Shown piece by piece: positions 17,890 to 27,297 of a stretch of 64,000 nucleotides of DNA. Made by a program: the position numbers and the translations under genes. How positions within the stretch are numbered: the stretch's first letter is position 1; each line of letters opens with the position of its first letter. The DNA comes from a virus. A model generated the notes under the pieces. The model did not search any database. It had not been told where the DNA came from and worked only from the letters and a program-made list of their open reading frames with translations. The stretch lies in the IMG/VR virus record IMGVR_UViG_3300025120_010946, positions 1-64,000 of that record; one strand, written 5' to 3'.

Positions 17890-18929
17890 TGAAAATTGCT
17901 ATCATTACTGATCAGCATTTTGGTGCTCGTAAAAACTCTAAACTCTTTCACAACTATTTTCTTAAATTCTACAATGATATTTTCTTCCCCTATCTAGAGG
18001 ATAATGGTATCACTACAATTGTAGATATGGGTGATACATTTGATAATCGCACTGGTATTAACTTTGGTGCCTTAGCATGGGCGAAAGATAATTACTACGA
18101 TAGACTTGAACAAATGGGAATTACCGTTCATACTATCGTTGGTAATCATACTGCATTTTATAAAAATACAAACGAAGTAAATGCTGTAGATCTCCTTTTA
18201 CGTGAATATAACAACGTTCGCATTTATTCTTCTCCTGAAGAAGCAATGTTAGGTGATTTAAAAATTCTTTTTATTCCATGGATCAATGAAGATAATAGTA
18301 AGAGCACTTTCACTGCTATTGAAAATACAAGTTGCAAGTGCGCGATGGGGCACCTTGAACTACGCGGATTTAGAGCTCATCGCGGCTGCGTCATGGAGCA
18401 TGGTTTTGAAAGCAAATTATTTAAGAAGTTCACCAAGGTCTTCTCGGGACACTACCACACTAGATCGGATGATCAGAAAATCTTCTACCTAGGTAATCCG
18501 TATGAGATGTTTTGGAATGATGTGAATGATACTAGAGGTTTTACAATATTTGATACTGAAACTCTAGAGCATACTCATATTGATAATCCATATAGAATGT
18601 TCTATAATATCTTCTATGAAGATAATGACTATCAAACATTTGATGCAAGAGAATATGAGAATAAGATTGTAAAAATTATCGTTAGAAAAAAATCAAACAC
18701 TAAAAAGTTTGAAAAGTTTATTGATAAATTGTACTCTGTCGGTGTTGCTGATCTCAAAACTGTAGAAAATTTTGAGGTGGGAGATCCTGAAGAGTTTGAA
18801 GTATTTGAGTCAGAAGACACTCTGTCTATTTTAGATAGATATATTCAAGAAGCGGAAATAAATCTTGATAAGTCCATTCTTCAAGACATTATGAGAAAAA
18901 CTTACCAGGAGGCATGTGAGTTAATTTAA
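17889..18929 (+). CDS. gp47: Recombination nuclease subunit (Mre11/SbcD-like)
   Basis: TDQHFG, MGDTFD, GNH and SGHYH metallophosphoesterase motifs. Confidence 0.95.
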   Translation: MKIAIITDQHFGARKNSKLFHNYFLKFYNDIFFPYLEDNGITTIVDMGDTFDNRTGINFGALAWAKDNYYDRLEQMGITVHTIVGNHTAFYKNTNEVNAVDLLLREYNNVRIYSSPEEAMLGDLKILFIPWINEDNSKSTFTAIENTSCKCAMGHLELRGFRAHRGCVMEHGFESKLFKKFTKVFSGHYHTRSDDQKIFYLGNPYEMFWNDVNDTRGFTIFDTETLEHTHIDNPYRMFYNIFYEDNDYQTFDAREYENKIVKIIVRKKSNTKKFEKFIDKLYSVGVADLKTVENFEVGDPEEFEVFESEDTLSILDRYIQEAEINLDKSILQDIMRKTYQEACELI

Positions 18930-19207
18930 TGTTTATTCTAACTGTAGAGGGGAAGGAAGATCATGGAGCTTACTCTGTTGTAGATGAGTCTGGAGAAAAA
19001 ATTCTCTACTTATTTGAGGAAGAAGATGATGCTTCTCGTTATGCCATGCAGTTAGAAGATGAACATGGATATCCAGATATGAATATTGTTGAAGTAGAAG
19101 ATGATATAATGCTTAAAACATGCCACATTCATGAGTGTGAGTATGCTATAATATCTAAGAACGACATCGTAGTTCCGCCAGAAACCGAAACATATGATTT
19201 TATTTGA
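18929..19207 (+). CDS. DUF3110-like (cyanobacterial-type) protein
   Basis: LYLFEEEDDASRYAMQLE resembles the cyanobacterial DUF3110 core. Confidence 0.6.
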   Translation: MFILTVEGKEDHGAYSVVDESGEKILYLFEEEDDASRYAMQLEDEHGYPDMNIVEVEDDIMLKTCHIHECEYAIISKNDIVVPPETETYDFI

Positions 19208-20906
19208 GAAGATTCGTTGGAAGAATTTTCTTTCAACGGGTAATCACTTTACTGAAGTTAAACTAAACGAAAACGGTAATACGATGATTATCGGCACTAA
19301 TGGTGCTGGTAAATCAACAATTCTTGATGCTCTTACCTTTTCTCTTTTTGGCAAAGCATTTCGTAAGATTAATAAACCCTTACTACCAAATACGGTTAAT
19401 GAGAAAGATTGCGTTGTAGAAGTTGAGTTTTCTATAGGAAACATTCTATGGAAAGTGGTAAGAGGTATTAAACCCGCCATTTTTCAAATTTATCGTAATG
19501 GTGAACAATTAAATCAAGACGCTGCAGCAAACGATCAGCAGAAGTGGTTTGAGAAAAATGTTCTAAAAATGAACTACAAATCGTTTACGCAGATTGTAAT
19601 TCTTGGTAGTAGCACCTTTGTGCCCTTTATGCAACTCTCTGCAATTAATCGCCGTGAAGTTATTGAAGATTTGCTTGATATCAAGATATTTTCTTCCATG
19701 AATTCTGTGATTAAAGGTAAGATTAGTGTTCTAAAAGACGAAATTAAGACTTTGAATTTAAAAAAAGAGTCTTTGAGTGACAAAGTGGCGATGCAAAGTC
19801 GTTTTATTGAACAATTGGAGTCTCAGGGTAAGGAAAATATCTCTAAAAATAAGGAAAAGGTAACTGAACAAAACAAATTGATTGATCTTTACCTTAAAGA
19901 AGTAGGTTTGACAGAAGAAAAGGTGTTTGGATACCTTAAAGAACAGGAATATGTCACTGGTGCAACAGAAAAACTGCGTAAATTGAGTGGGTTGAAGGGT
20001 AAAATCACTCAAAAAGCAGCAATGCTTACAAAAGAGCATAAGTTCTTCACAGAGAATACGGTTTGTCCTACATGTACACAATCAATCGAAGAGGACTTCA
20101 GAATAAATAAGATTGACGACGCTCAAAATGTAGCAAAAGAGTTGCAATCTGGTTTGAAAGATCTGGATGAGGCAATTAATGAGGAACAGGAGCGAGAGCG
20201 TCAATTTACAACCCTTTCAAAGGAGATTTCTAAACTACAGAATGGCATTTCTCAAAACAATGTTAGGATTACTGGATGTCAGAGACAAATCAGTAATCTG
20301 GAATCGGAAGTTCAAGAGCTTACCGAGCAACTTGCAAACCGAAATACTGAACATGAGAAGCTAGAAACCTTCAAAGACAATTTAAAAACTACATTTGACG
20401 ATTTAGCGTCAAGAAAGGACACAATTAACTACTACGATTTTTCGTATAGTTTGCTTAAGGACGGTGGAGTTAAAACAAAAATCATTAAGAAGTATCTTCC
20501 TCTGATTAATCAGCAGGTGAACCGTTATCTACAGATGATGGACTTTTATATTAACTTTACTCTTGATGAAGAATTTAACGAAACCGTTAAGTCCCCAATA
20601 CATGAGGATTTTTCCTATTCTTCTTTCAGCGAGGGAGAGAAGATGAGAATAGATCTAGCACTTTTGTTCACCTGGAGGGAAGTAGCAAGGATGAAAAACT
20701 CAGTAAACACCAATTTGCTGATAATGGATGAAGTATTTGACAGTTCTCTTGACGGATTTGGTACTGATGAATTTTTGAAAATTATTAGATTTGTTATTAA
20801 GGATGCAAATATTTTTGTTATCTCTCATAAAGAATCTTTATTTGATAAATTTGAAAATTTGATTAAGTTTGAAAAAGTAAAAGGGTTTAGTAGAATAGTT
20901 AGTTAA
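19194..20906 (+). CDS. gp46: Recombination ATPase subunit (Rad50/SbcC-like)
   Basis: GTNGAGKST, CPTC hook, SFSEGEK signature, IMDEVFD. Confidence 0.97.
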   Translation: MILFEKIRWKNFLSTGNHFTEVKLNENGNTMIIGTNGAGKSTILDALTFSLFGKAFRKINKPLLPNTVNEKDCVVEVEFSIGNILWKVVRGIKPAIFQIYRNGEQLNQDAAANDQQKWFEKNVLKMNYKSFTQIVILGSSTFVPFMQLSAINRREVIEDLLDIKIFSSMNSVIKGKISVLKDEIKTLNLKKESLSDKVAMQSRFIEQLESQGKENISKNKEKVTEQNKLIDLYLKEVGLTEEKVFGYLKEQEYVTGATEKLRKLSGLKGKITQKAAMLTKEHKFFTENTVCPTCTQSIEEDFRINKIDDAQNVAKELQSGLKDLDEAINEEQERERQFTTLSKEISKLQNGISQNNVRITGCQRQISNLESEVQELTEQLANRNTEHEKLETFKDNLKTTFDDLASRKDTINYYDFSYSLLKDGGVKTKIIKKYLPLINQQVNRYLQMMDFYINFTLDEEFNETVKSPIHEDFSYSSFSEGEKMRIDLALLFTWREVARMKNSVNTNLLIMDEVFDSSLDGFGTDEFLKIIRFVIKDANIFVISHKESLFDKFENLIKFEKVKGFSRIVS

Positions 20907-20973
20907 GAACTATTGCGTGACATCACGAAAAGGTTAAGTATAACAAGAACTTCATTAAGTTAGCATACGCTGA

Positions 20974-20980
20974 CTAAATA
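20974..20980 (+). promoter_or_regulatory. Late promoter
   Basis: Intergenic CTAAATA. Confidence 0.55.
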
Positions 20981-21048
20981 ATAACAGAATTGGAGAGAAC
21001 CATGCTCTAAGTCTCCTTCGTTATTATTTTATTGTATTGGAGAGTATC

Positions 21049-21231
21049 ATGCATAACATCATCTCACATAATCAACTAGCCGGTTGGAAACAGAGTGTGA
21101 ACCACTTACAAACAACTATCTCATCAGTAAACAATCAGAGTGATGCTCTGAACGACTATTACAACTGCCTGATTGAGTGTGATGAACGTCAACACATCTG
21201 TAAAAAAATCTGCAAATCAGTACTAGAGTAA
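21049..21231 (+). CDS. Small protein with a twin CxxxC C-terminal hairpin
   Basis: SD GGAGAG 21039-21044 then ATG 21049; CLIEC-x6-CKKIC. Confidence 0.7.
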   Translation: MHNIISHNQLAGWKQSVNHLQTTISSVNNQSDALNDYYNCLIECDERQHICKKICKSVLE

Positions 21232-21275
21232 ACCAAAGCAAAGAAAACGGGACACTAGGAGAACTGTCACTCAGC

Positions 21276-21298
21276 AACCCTCGCTTCGGCGGGGGTTT
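21276..21298 (+). terminator. cUUCGg hairpin, probable terminator
   Basis: AACCCTCGC-TTCG-GCGGGGGTT with only a short U-tract. Confidence 0.6.
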
Positions 21299-21328
21299 AG
21301 TATTATAGATGCATCAGCAGGGAAACCT

Positions 21329-23404
21329 ATGACAGTCAAGCATGAAATCAAATCACAACTTGCAAAACTCCTTGCAACAGAAGATCTGGTGGTAGAGCAC
21401 AGAAGGGTTTCCACTGCTCAGTTTGACGTTCATGATCGTGTTTTGACTCTTCCGATGTGGGACAAAGCAAGTAATATTGTATATGATCTTTTGGTGGGAC
21501 ATGAAGTAGGACACGCACTTTTTACTCCTGATGAGAATTGGTTAGAAAAGAAAAAAATTCCACCTCAGTTTGTGAATGTTGTGGAAGATGCTCGTATCGA
21601 AAAGTTGATGAAACGTAAGTATGCTGGACTATTAAAAACTTTCTACCATGGCTATAAGGAATTACAAGAAGAAGACTTTTTCTCTATATCTGACAGCAAT
21701 ATTTCTGATCTCAATCTTGCTGATCGTGCAAATTTATACTTTAAGATTGGTAATTTTATAGATTTTTCTTTCACCGATGAAGAGAAAGAAATTATTCTCA
21801 TGATTCAAAATTGTGAGACTTTTGATGAAGCATTGGATGCTGCTGAAGTATTATATAAACATTGTAAACAATCTAATAAACCTGAAAATAATAATCTTGA
21901 TGCTCCTCAATCCCAGCAGGAATCAAAAGAAGAACAAGAAGATCAAAGTGAAGAATCTAAACCCGAAGGGATGATTGAAGATTTCTCTCAAGGGGAAAGT
22001 GATGTGAGAAGTGAACCTGAGGTTCAAACTGCTGATTCTCTTTCAGAAAATATAAAGGGGTTAGTAGAAGAATATGGATCTGAAAATGTATATGTTGAGG
22101 TTCCTAATGTAAACCTTGATAGCGTCATCGCTTCAAATGTGGTTGTTCATGAATACATTGACTCCAAATTTGATTATCAAGAAAAACTTGGTTCTGATAT
22201 GGGATGTGATATTTTTGAGAAAGTTGATAGTGAATATTTTCAATTCAAACGCTCTGCACAGAAAGAAGTAAGTTATCTTGTAAAAGAGTTTGAATGTAAG
22301 AAAGCAGCAGACTCTTATGCCCGTGCCACCACAGCACGCACTGGTATTCTTGATTGCACTAAACTTCATACTTACAAATATAATGAGGATCTCTTTCGTA
22401 AGGTAACCACACTTGCGGACGGCAAAAATCATGGATTAGTGTTTATGCTTGATTGGAGTGGTTCTATGCAACATACTCTCTTAGACACTTGCAAACAGAT
22501 GTTTAATCTTCTGTGGTTTTGTAAGAAAGTTGGTATTCCTTTTGAAGTATATGCATTTACAAATGAGTGGTTCATTCCTGAGGACGGTAATCCTGCAAAT
22601 ATTGTTCCTCATTACGAAAAGAAAGAAAATCAACTTGTCGTTAATGATGATTTTAATTTGATGAACATTCTTACTAGTAAGACTTCAGTAAGAGAACTAG
22701 AGAAGCAGATGCTCAACGTATGGCGTCACGCAGTTTATTTTGACAAACCCTATCAAATGTATTATCAAATTGGTAGGAAGATGTCTCTCTCTGGTACACC
22801 TCTTAATGAGGCTCTGGTTTGTCTTCATCAAATTCTTCCTAAGTTTCAGAGAGATAATAAACTACAGAAAGTTCAATGTATTGTTTTGACGGATGGAGAG
22901 GCATGTCCTCTTGGATATCACAGGTATATCAAACGTTACTGGGAAAATAATACAGAGTTTTTAGGAATTGGACGTTTTGATCCTTACAAATCTACTCTTC
23001 GTGATAGAAAAACCGGTAACACGTATAAGTTTGATGGTGGATATTCTGTTTTTGTTGACGTTATGATAAAAAATCTTAAAGACAATTTTCCAAATGTTAA
23101 TTTTATTGGCATTCGTTTGCTTGCTCCAAGAGACGCTAATTCATTCTTGAAACTTTATTATGAGGGTATGCCTGAACTGTCTAAACTACAATCTGAATGG
23201 AGAAAGGAAAGAAGTTTTGTTATCCGCAACTCTGGATATGACGCATACTTTGGACTTTCTTGTAATGCTCTATCTCAAGACGTTGAGTTTGATGTTGATG
23301 AGGGTGCTACTAAGGCAAAGATAAAATCTGCATTTGCCAAAAGTCTCAAGATTAAGAAACTAAATAAAAAAGTTCTGGGAGAATTTATCTCCCTTGTGGC
23401 ATGA
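21329..23404 (+). CDS. HEXXH metallopeptidase plus VWA (CobT-like) domain protein
   Basis: HEVGH; MIDAS DWSGS...GTPL...TDGE. Confidence 0.85.
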   Translation: MTVKHEIKSQLAKLLATEDLVVEHRRVSTAQFDVHDRVLTLPMWDKASNIVYDLLVGHEVGHALFTPDENWLEKKKIPPQFVNVVEDARIEKLMKRKYAGLLKTFYHGYKELQEEDFFSISDSNISDLNLADRANLYFKIGNFIDFSFTDEEKEIILMIQNCETFDEALDAAEVLYKHCKQSNKPENNNLDAPQSQQESKEEQEDQSEESKPEGMIEDFSQGESDVRSEPEVQTADSLSENIKGLVEEYGSENVYVEVPNVNLDSVIASNVVVHEYIDSKFDYQEKLGSDMGCDIFEKVDSEYFQFKRSAQKEVSYLVKEFECKKAADSYARATTARTGILDCTKLHTYKYNEDLFRKVTTLADGKNHGLVFMLDWSGSMQHTLLDTCKQMFNLLWFCKKVGIPFEVYAFTNEWFIPEDGNPANIVPHYEKKENQLVVNDDFNLMNILTSKTSVRELEKQMLNVWRHAVYFDKPYQMYYQIGRKMSLSGTPLNEALVCLHQILPKFQRDNKLQKVQCIVLTDGEACPLGYHRYIKRYWENNTEFLGIGRFDPYKSTLRDRKTGNTYKFDGGYSVFVDVMIKNLKDNFPNVNFIGIRLLAPRDANSFLKLYYEGMPELSKLQSEWRKERSFVIRNSGYDAYFGLSCNALSQDVEFDVDEGATKAKIKSAFAKSLKIKKLNKKVLGEFISLVA

Positions 23405-23538
23405 ACTGGAAAGAAATAGCACTACAGAGCGAAACTGATCCAAAGATTCGTAAAGTTCTTTTAGAAGGACCTAAAAAACTCACAGATGCATGGTTGCTAG
23501 GTGCAATGATGTTTAAGTATGGACGGTATGCTAAGTGA
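23401..23538 (+). CDS. Small hypothetical protein (45 aa, not in ORF track)
   Basis: MNWKEIALQSETDPKIRKVLLEGPKKLTDAWLLGAMMFKYGRYAK; ATGA overlap with the upstream stop. Confidence 0.6.
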   Translation: MNWKEIALQSETDPKIRKVLLEGPKKLTDAWLLGAMMFKYGRYAK

Positions 23539-23599
23539 ACACTGGGGTGGTTTTGCCTCTCCTTTTTGTGTATAATATGAAAGTAAACAACAAAGGAAC

Positions 23600-24676
23600 A
23601 TGGGACTATCCAAGCAAACCATTATTAACTGTCTTCATGAATCCTATGGTGAATCAGTAACGTCTGCTGAAATCAAAGCATTTTGTCAGATGAATGATTT
23701 TAATTATCAAACCATTACCAACAAACTGACTGATTGTAAAGTCGGACGTGGTAAATGGAATTTAGAAGTAACTAAAGAAACTGTAGAAGAATTGGAAGTG
23801 ACTTATAATTCTCCTACAGCTTTACCAGCAGTTGAGCAAAATCTTGTCCCTGAGAAAGATGATACCTTCGTCAAGTTTGGTAACTTTGGTGATATTAAAA
23901 AAATTATTAAGTCCCGTGTATTTTATCCGACATTTATTACTGGATTGTCGGGAAACGGTAAAACGTTTTCTGTTGAACAAGCATGTTCTCAAATCGAAAG
24001 AGAACTCATCCGTGTAAATATTACAATCGAAACAGACGAAGATGATCTCATTGGTGGTTTCCGCCTTATTAATGGCGAAACCGTTTGGCATAACGGACCC
24101 GTTATTGAAGCCCTGCAACGGGGTGCTGTGCTGCTCCTTGACGAAATCGATCTTGCCTCAAACAAAATCCTTTGTCTCCAATCTATTCTCGAAGGAAAGG
24201 GGGTTTTCCTCAAGAAGATTGGCAAATGGGTTTCACCAGCAGAGGGTTTCCAAATATTTGCCACAGCAAATACCAAAGGTAAAGGTTCAGATGATGGACG
24301 ATTCATTGGTACTAATGTGCTCAACGAAGCATTCCTTGAAAGGTTCCCTGTAACCTTTGAACAAGAATACCCACCAACTACTATTGAAACTAAAATATTA
24401 GAAAAGTTTTGTGCTGATGTTGATTTTTGTAAGCGTCTGACGGACTGGGCTGACATCATTCGTAAAACATTCTATGATGGTGGTATTGAAGAAATTATCA
24501 GCACCCGCCGACTTGTCCATATCATGAAGGCATATAGCATTTTTGGCGATAAGGGAAAAGCAATTCAAGTTTGCATCAATCGTTTCGATGATGAAACTAA
24601 GCAAGCATTTTTAGAATTGTACGACAAGGTTGATGCTGATTTTGAAATGCCCATTGACGAAACAACTATCTCTTGA
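23600..24676 (+). CDS. cobS: MoxR-type AAA+ ATPase (CobS-like)
   Basis: GLSGNGKT, LLLDEID, ATANTKGKG, NEAFLERF, ISTRRL. Confidence 0.9.
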   Translation: MGLSKQTIINCLHESYGESVTSAEIKAFCQMNDFNYQTITNKLTDCKVGRGKWNLEVTKETVEELEVTYNSPTALPAVEQNLVPEKDDTFVKFGNFGDIKKIIKSRVFYPTFITGLSGNGKTFSVEQACSQIERELIRVNITIETDEDDLIGGFRLINGETVWHNGPVIEALQRGAVLLLDEIDLASNKILCLQSILEGKGVFLKKIGKWVSPAEGFQIFATANTKGKGSDDGRFIGTNVLNEAFLERFPVTFEQEYPPTTIETKILEKFCADVDFCKRLTDWADIIRKTFYDGGIEEIISTRRLVHIMKAYSIFGDKGKAIQVCINRFDDETKQAFLELYDKVDADFEMPIDETTIS

Positions 24677-24682
24677 TATACT
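24654..24682 (+). promoter_or_regulatory. sigma70-type promoter
   Basis: TTGACG-17 nt-TATACT with TGn extension. Confidence 0.65.
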
Positions 24683-24687
24683 AAAGT

Positions 24688-25143
24688 ATGACTTCTTGGA
24701 GTTTCCTACACGACGTTATGTCTGAAAATAAATATGATGAAAATATTATTCTAACGAGTAGTATTAGTGAAGCAAGTGAATCTGATTACATTGATTTTTG
24801 GGGAGGTGATGATGATTTAATTTCACTTACAATTCCTGATCTTCCAACTCCCAATGGTAGAAGGAAGTACAGTGAAGATGAAATTATCAAAGAATTACAA
24901 GAGTACATTGGTAGAACATATCAACAGCATTATTCTGCTGGTGATGATAAGATTCAGACTCTTGATCTTATCGAAGCTTGTGGTGATGGTGAGGCATTCT
25001 GTCGCAGCAACATCCTCAAGTATGCGTCACGATATGATAAGAAGGGCACTGCCCGCCGTGACATTATGAAGATTCTGCATTATGCTGTCCTTCTAATGCA
25101 TTTCAATGACAAAAATGCAAAACGTGAAACTTACCCTCAGTGA
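24688..25143 (+). CDS. DUF3310-like protein (putative nucleotide kinase family) with acidic N-terminus
   Basis: HYSAGDDKIQTLDLI...FCRSNILKYASRYDKKG. Confidence 0.7.
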   Translation: MTSWSFLHDVMSENKYDENIILTSSISEASESDYIDFWGGDDDLISLTIPDLPTPNGRRKYSEDEIIKELQEYIGRTYQQHYSAGDDKIQTLDLIEACGDGEAFCRSNILKYASRYDKKGTARRDIMKILHYAVLLMHFNDKNAKRETYPQ

Positions 25144-25826
25144 TGAAAATTCGCAACCCTATGAAACTTTCTGATTCTACTCTTTCTCTTCTTAAAAACT
25201 TTTCTTCGATCAACCAATCAATTCTTTTTAAAGAGGGTAGTAAACTTCGCACTATTAGTGTGATGAAGAACATTCTTGCTGAAGCAACTATTAGTGAGGA
25301 ATTTTCTAAAGATTTTGGTATCTATGATCTCAACCAATTCCTTAATGGTATGAGTCTCCATAAAAAACCTGAACTTGATTTTGCTAATGATGGATATGTT
25401 GTGATCAGAGAAGGACGTTCTCGCTCCAAATATTTCTTTGCTGATCCTTCTGTCATTGTTACTCCTCCCGATAAAGAAATTTCTCTCCCTAGTGAAGATG
25501 TATGTTTCGAATTATCTACTCTAGTTCTTGAGAAACTTTTGAAAGCAGCTGCTGTTTATCAACTGCCAGATATCTCCGCTGTTGGTGAGAACGGTGTAGT
25601 AAAACTTGTTGTTCGTGACAAGAAGAATGATACTTCTAACGCTCATGAAGAAGTTGTTGGAGAAACTAATGCAGTATTTAATTTTAACTTCAAAGTAGAG
25701 AACATCAAGATTCTTCCTGGAACTTATGATGTAGTTGTATCTCAAAAACTTCTTGCTCGGTTCAATAGTAAGAATCATGATCTAATCTATTATATTGCTT
25801 TAGAACCTGATTCGACTTTTGAATGA
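25140..25826 (+). CDS. gp45: Sliding clamp (start possibly ATG 25161)
   Basis: MKLSDSTLSLLKNFSSINQSI, FGIYDLNQFL, YYIALE. Confidence 0.95.
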   Translation: MMKIRNPMKLSDSTLSLLKNFSSINQSILFKEGSKLRTISVMKNILAEATISEEFSKDFGIYDLNQFLNGMSLHKKPELDFANDGYVVIREGRSRSKYFFADPSVIVTPPDKEISLPSEDVCFELSTLVLEKLLKAAAVYQLPDISAVGENGVVKLVVRDKKNDTSNAHEEVVGETNAVFNFNFKVENIKILPGTYDVVVSQKLLARFNSKNHDLIYYIALEPDSTFE

Positions 25827-26350
25827 ATATCTTTGTGACTTCTCCCAGTCCTTGGGAGTCTGCCAGGGTTTTGCCTGACAAACACATTGTCAAGATGCCC
25901 TTGGAGACATGTCAGATGCTTGCTATTGTATGCTCTGACAAATGGGGACATAACTTCGGCACTCTTCCTAGAGCAGACGGTACTCCCTATGCTACTGAGA
26001 AGGGTGCTTTTCGTAATCACCCATGTACTATCTGGGCGAATGAGTTTGTAACTAACTGGCAATGGTTGCTTGCTCATGGACTTGCTATGTGTGATGAGTA
26101 CACTGCTCGCTATGGTAAGGTTCACACCTGCCAGAAAACTCTCTTAGCAGCAAAGGAGATACTTCCTACTGCAGATCCTCAAGGACGTAGTGGAAAAGAC
26201 ACAACACCCTTTGTATTTGCTGGACCTGATGAGTTTAAGTTGGATACTTCAATATCCATCTTTGACAAATATAAGATGTATATTGCATCTAAACCATGGG
26301 TATGCGATAATTACCTTCGGTTGCCACACCGCAAACCTGACTGGATTTGA
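25823..26350 (+). CDS. Pyrimidine-dimer DNA glycosylase-like (DenV-related) protein
   Basis: MNIF...DKHIVKMPLETCQML, NHPCTIW, EYTARYGKVH. Confidence 0.65.
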   Translation: MNIFVTSPSPWESARVLPDKHIVKMPLETCQMLAIVCSDKWGHNFGTLPRADGTPYATEKGAFRNHPCTIWANEFVTNWQWLLAHGLAMCDEYTARYGKVHTCQKTLLAAKEILPTADPQGRSGKDTTPFVFAGPDEFKLDTSISIFDKYKMYIASKPWVCDNYLRLPHRKPDWI

Positions 26351-27297
26351 TTATGCGTGATGAATTTCTGTGGGTAGAGAAATATCGCCCACGTAAAATT
26401 GAAGAATGTATTTTACCACCAAGTATTAAAAAGACTTTTCAAGACTTCCTAGATAAAGGAGAAGTTCCTAATCTTCTACTCTCAGGTCCTGCAGGATGTG
26501 GGAAAACCACAGTTGCTAAAGCATTGTGTAACGAACTAGGAGTAGATTTTTATGTCATCAATGGATCCGATGAGGGACGGTTCTTGGATACTGTCCGAAA
26601 CAATGCGAAGAATTTCGCTTCGACCGTCTCGCTTTCGTCAACTGCAAAACACAAAGTCATCATCATTGATGAAGCAGATAACACAACCAATGATGTACAA
26701 CTCCTCCTACGGGCGTTTATTGAGGAGTTTAGTAGTAACTGCAGATTTATCTTTACCTGCAATTATAAAAACAAAATTCTTGAGCCCCTCCACTCGCGAT
26801 GCGCCGTTGTCGAATTTTCCATTAAGGGAAAAGAGCGACAGGCAATTGCAGCCTCATTCTTCAAACGTATCCAACAAATCTTGGATACAGAAGGTGTTAA
26901 ATATGATAACAAGGTCCTGGTAGAACTTATTAACAAACACTTCCCAGATTGGAGACGTGTTCTTAATGAATGTCAAAGATATTCTTCAGGAGGATCTATT
27001 GATGCTGGAATACTTGCGACGTTCTCAGATGTTAAAGTCAATAATCTTATTCAGAACCTCAAATCAAAGAACTTTGCAGAAGTTCGGAAGTGGGTGGTGG
27101 ATAACCTGGATAATGATTCTGGTGTACTTATGCGTCGTATTTACGATGCTCTTTATACATCCCTGGCAAACTCTAGTGTTCCTGCTGCTGTGCTTATTCT
27201 TGCTAAGTATCAATACCAAATGGCATTTGTAGCGGATCAAGAAATAAACATGCTCGCATGTTTAACTGAGATTATGGTAGAATGTGAGTTTAAATGA
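26347..27297 (+). CDS. gp44: Clamp loader large subunit
   Basis: WVEKYRP, GPAGCGKT, IIDEAD, LHSRC. Confidence 0.96.
   Translation: MIMRDEFLWVEKYRPRKIEECILPPSIKKTFQDFLDKGEVPNLLLSGPAGCGKTTVAKALCNELGVDFYVINGSDEGRFLDTVRNNAKNFASTVSLSSTAKHKVIIIDEADNTTNDVQLLLRAFIEEFSSNCRFIFTCNYKNKILEPLHSRCAVVEFSIKGKERQAIAASFFKRIQQILDTEGVKYDNKVLVELINKHFPDWRRVLNECQRYSSGGSIDAGILATFSDVKVNNLIQNLKSKNFAEVRKWVVDNLDNDSGVLMRRIYDALYTSLANSSVPAAVLILAKYQYQMAFVADQEINMLACLTEIMVECEFK

Noticed and set aside
20903-20959. Pho-box-like TTAAG repeats
   Set aside because: Spacings of 31 and 21 nt do not give the tandem 11-nt period; common in AT-rich DNA; no phosphate gene downstream
21049-21231. CP12 assignment
   Set aside because: Lacks the AWD-VEEL core and CP12 C-terminal Cys spacing
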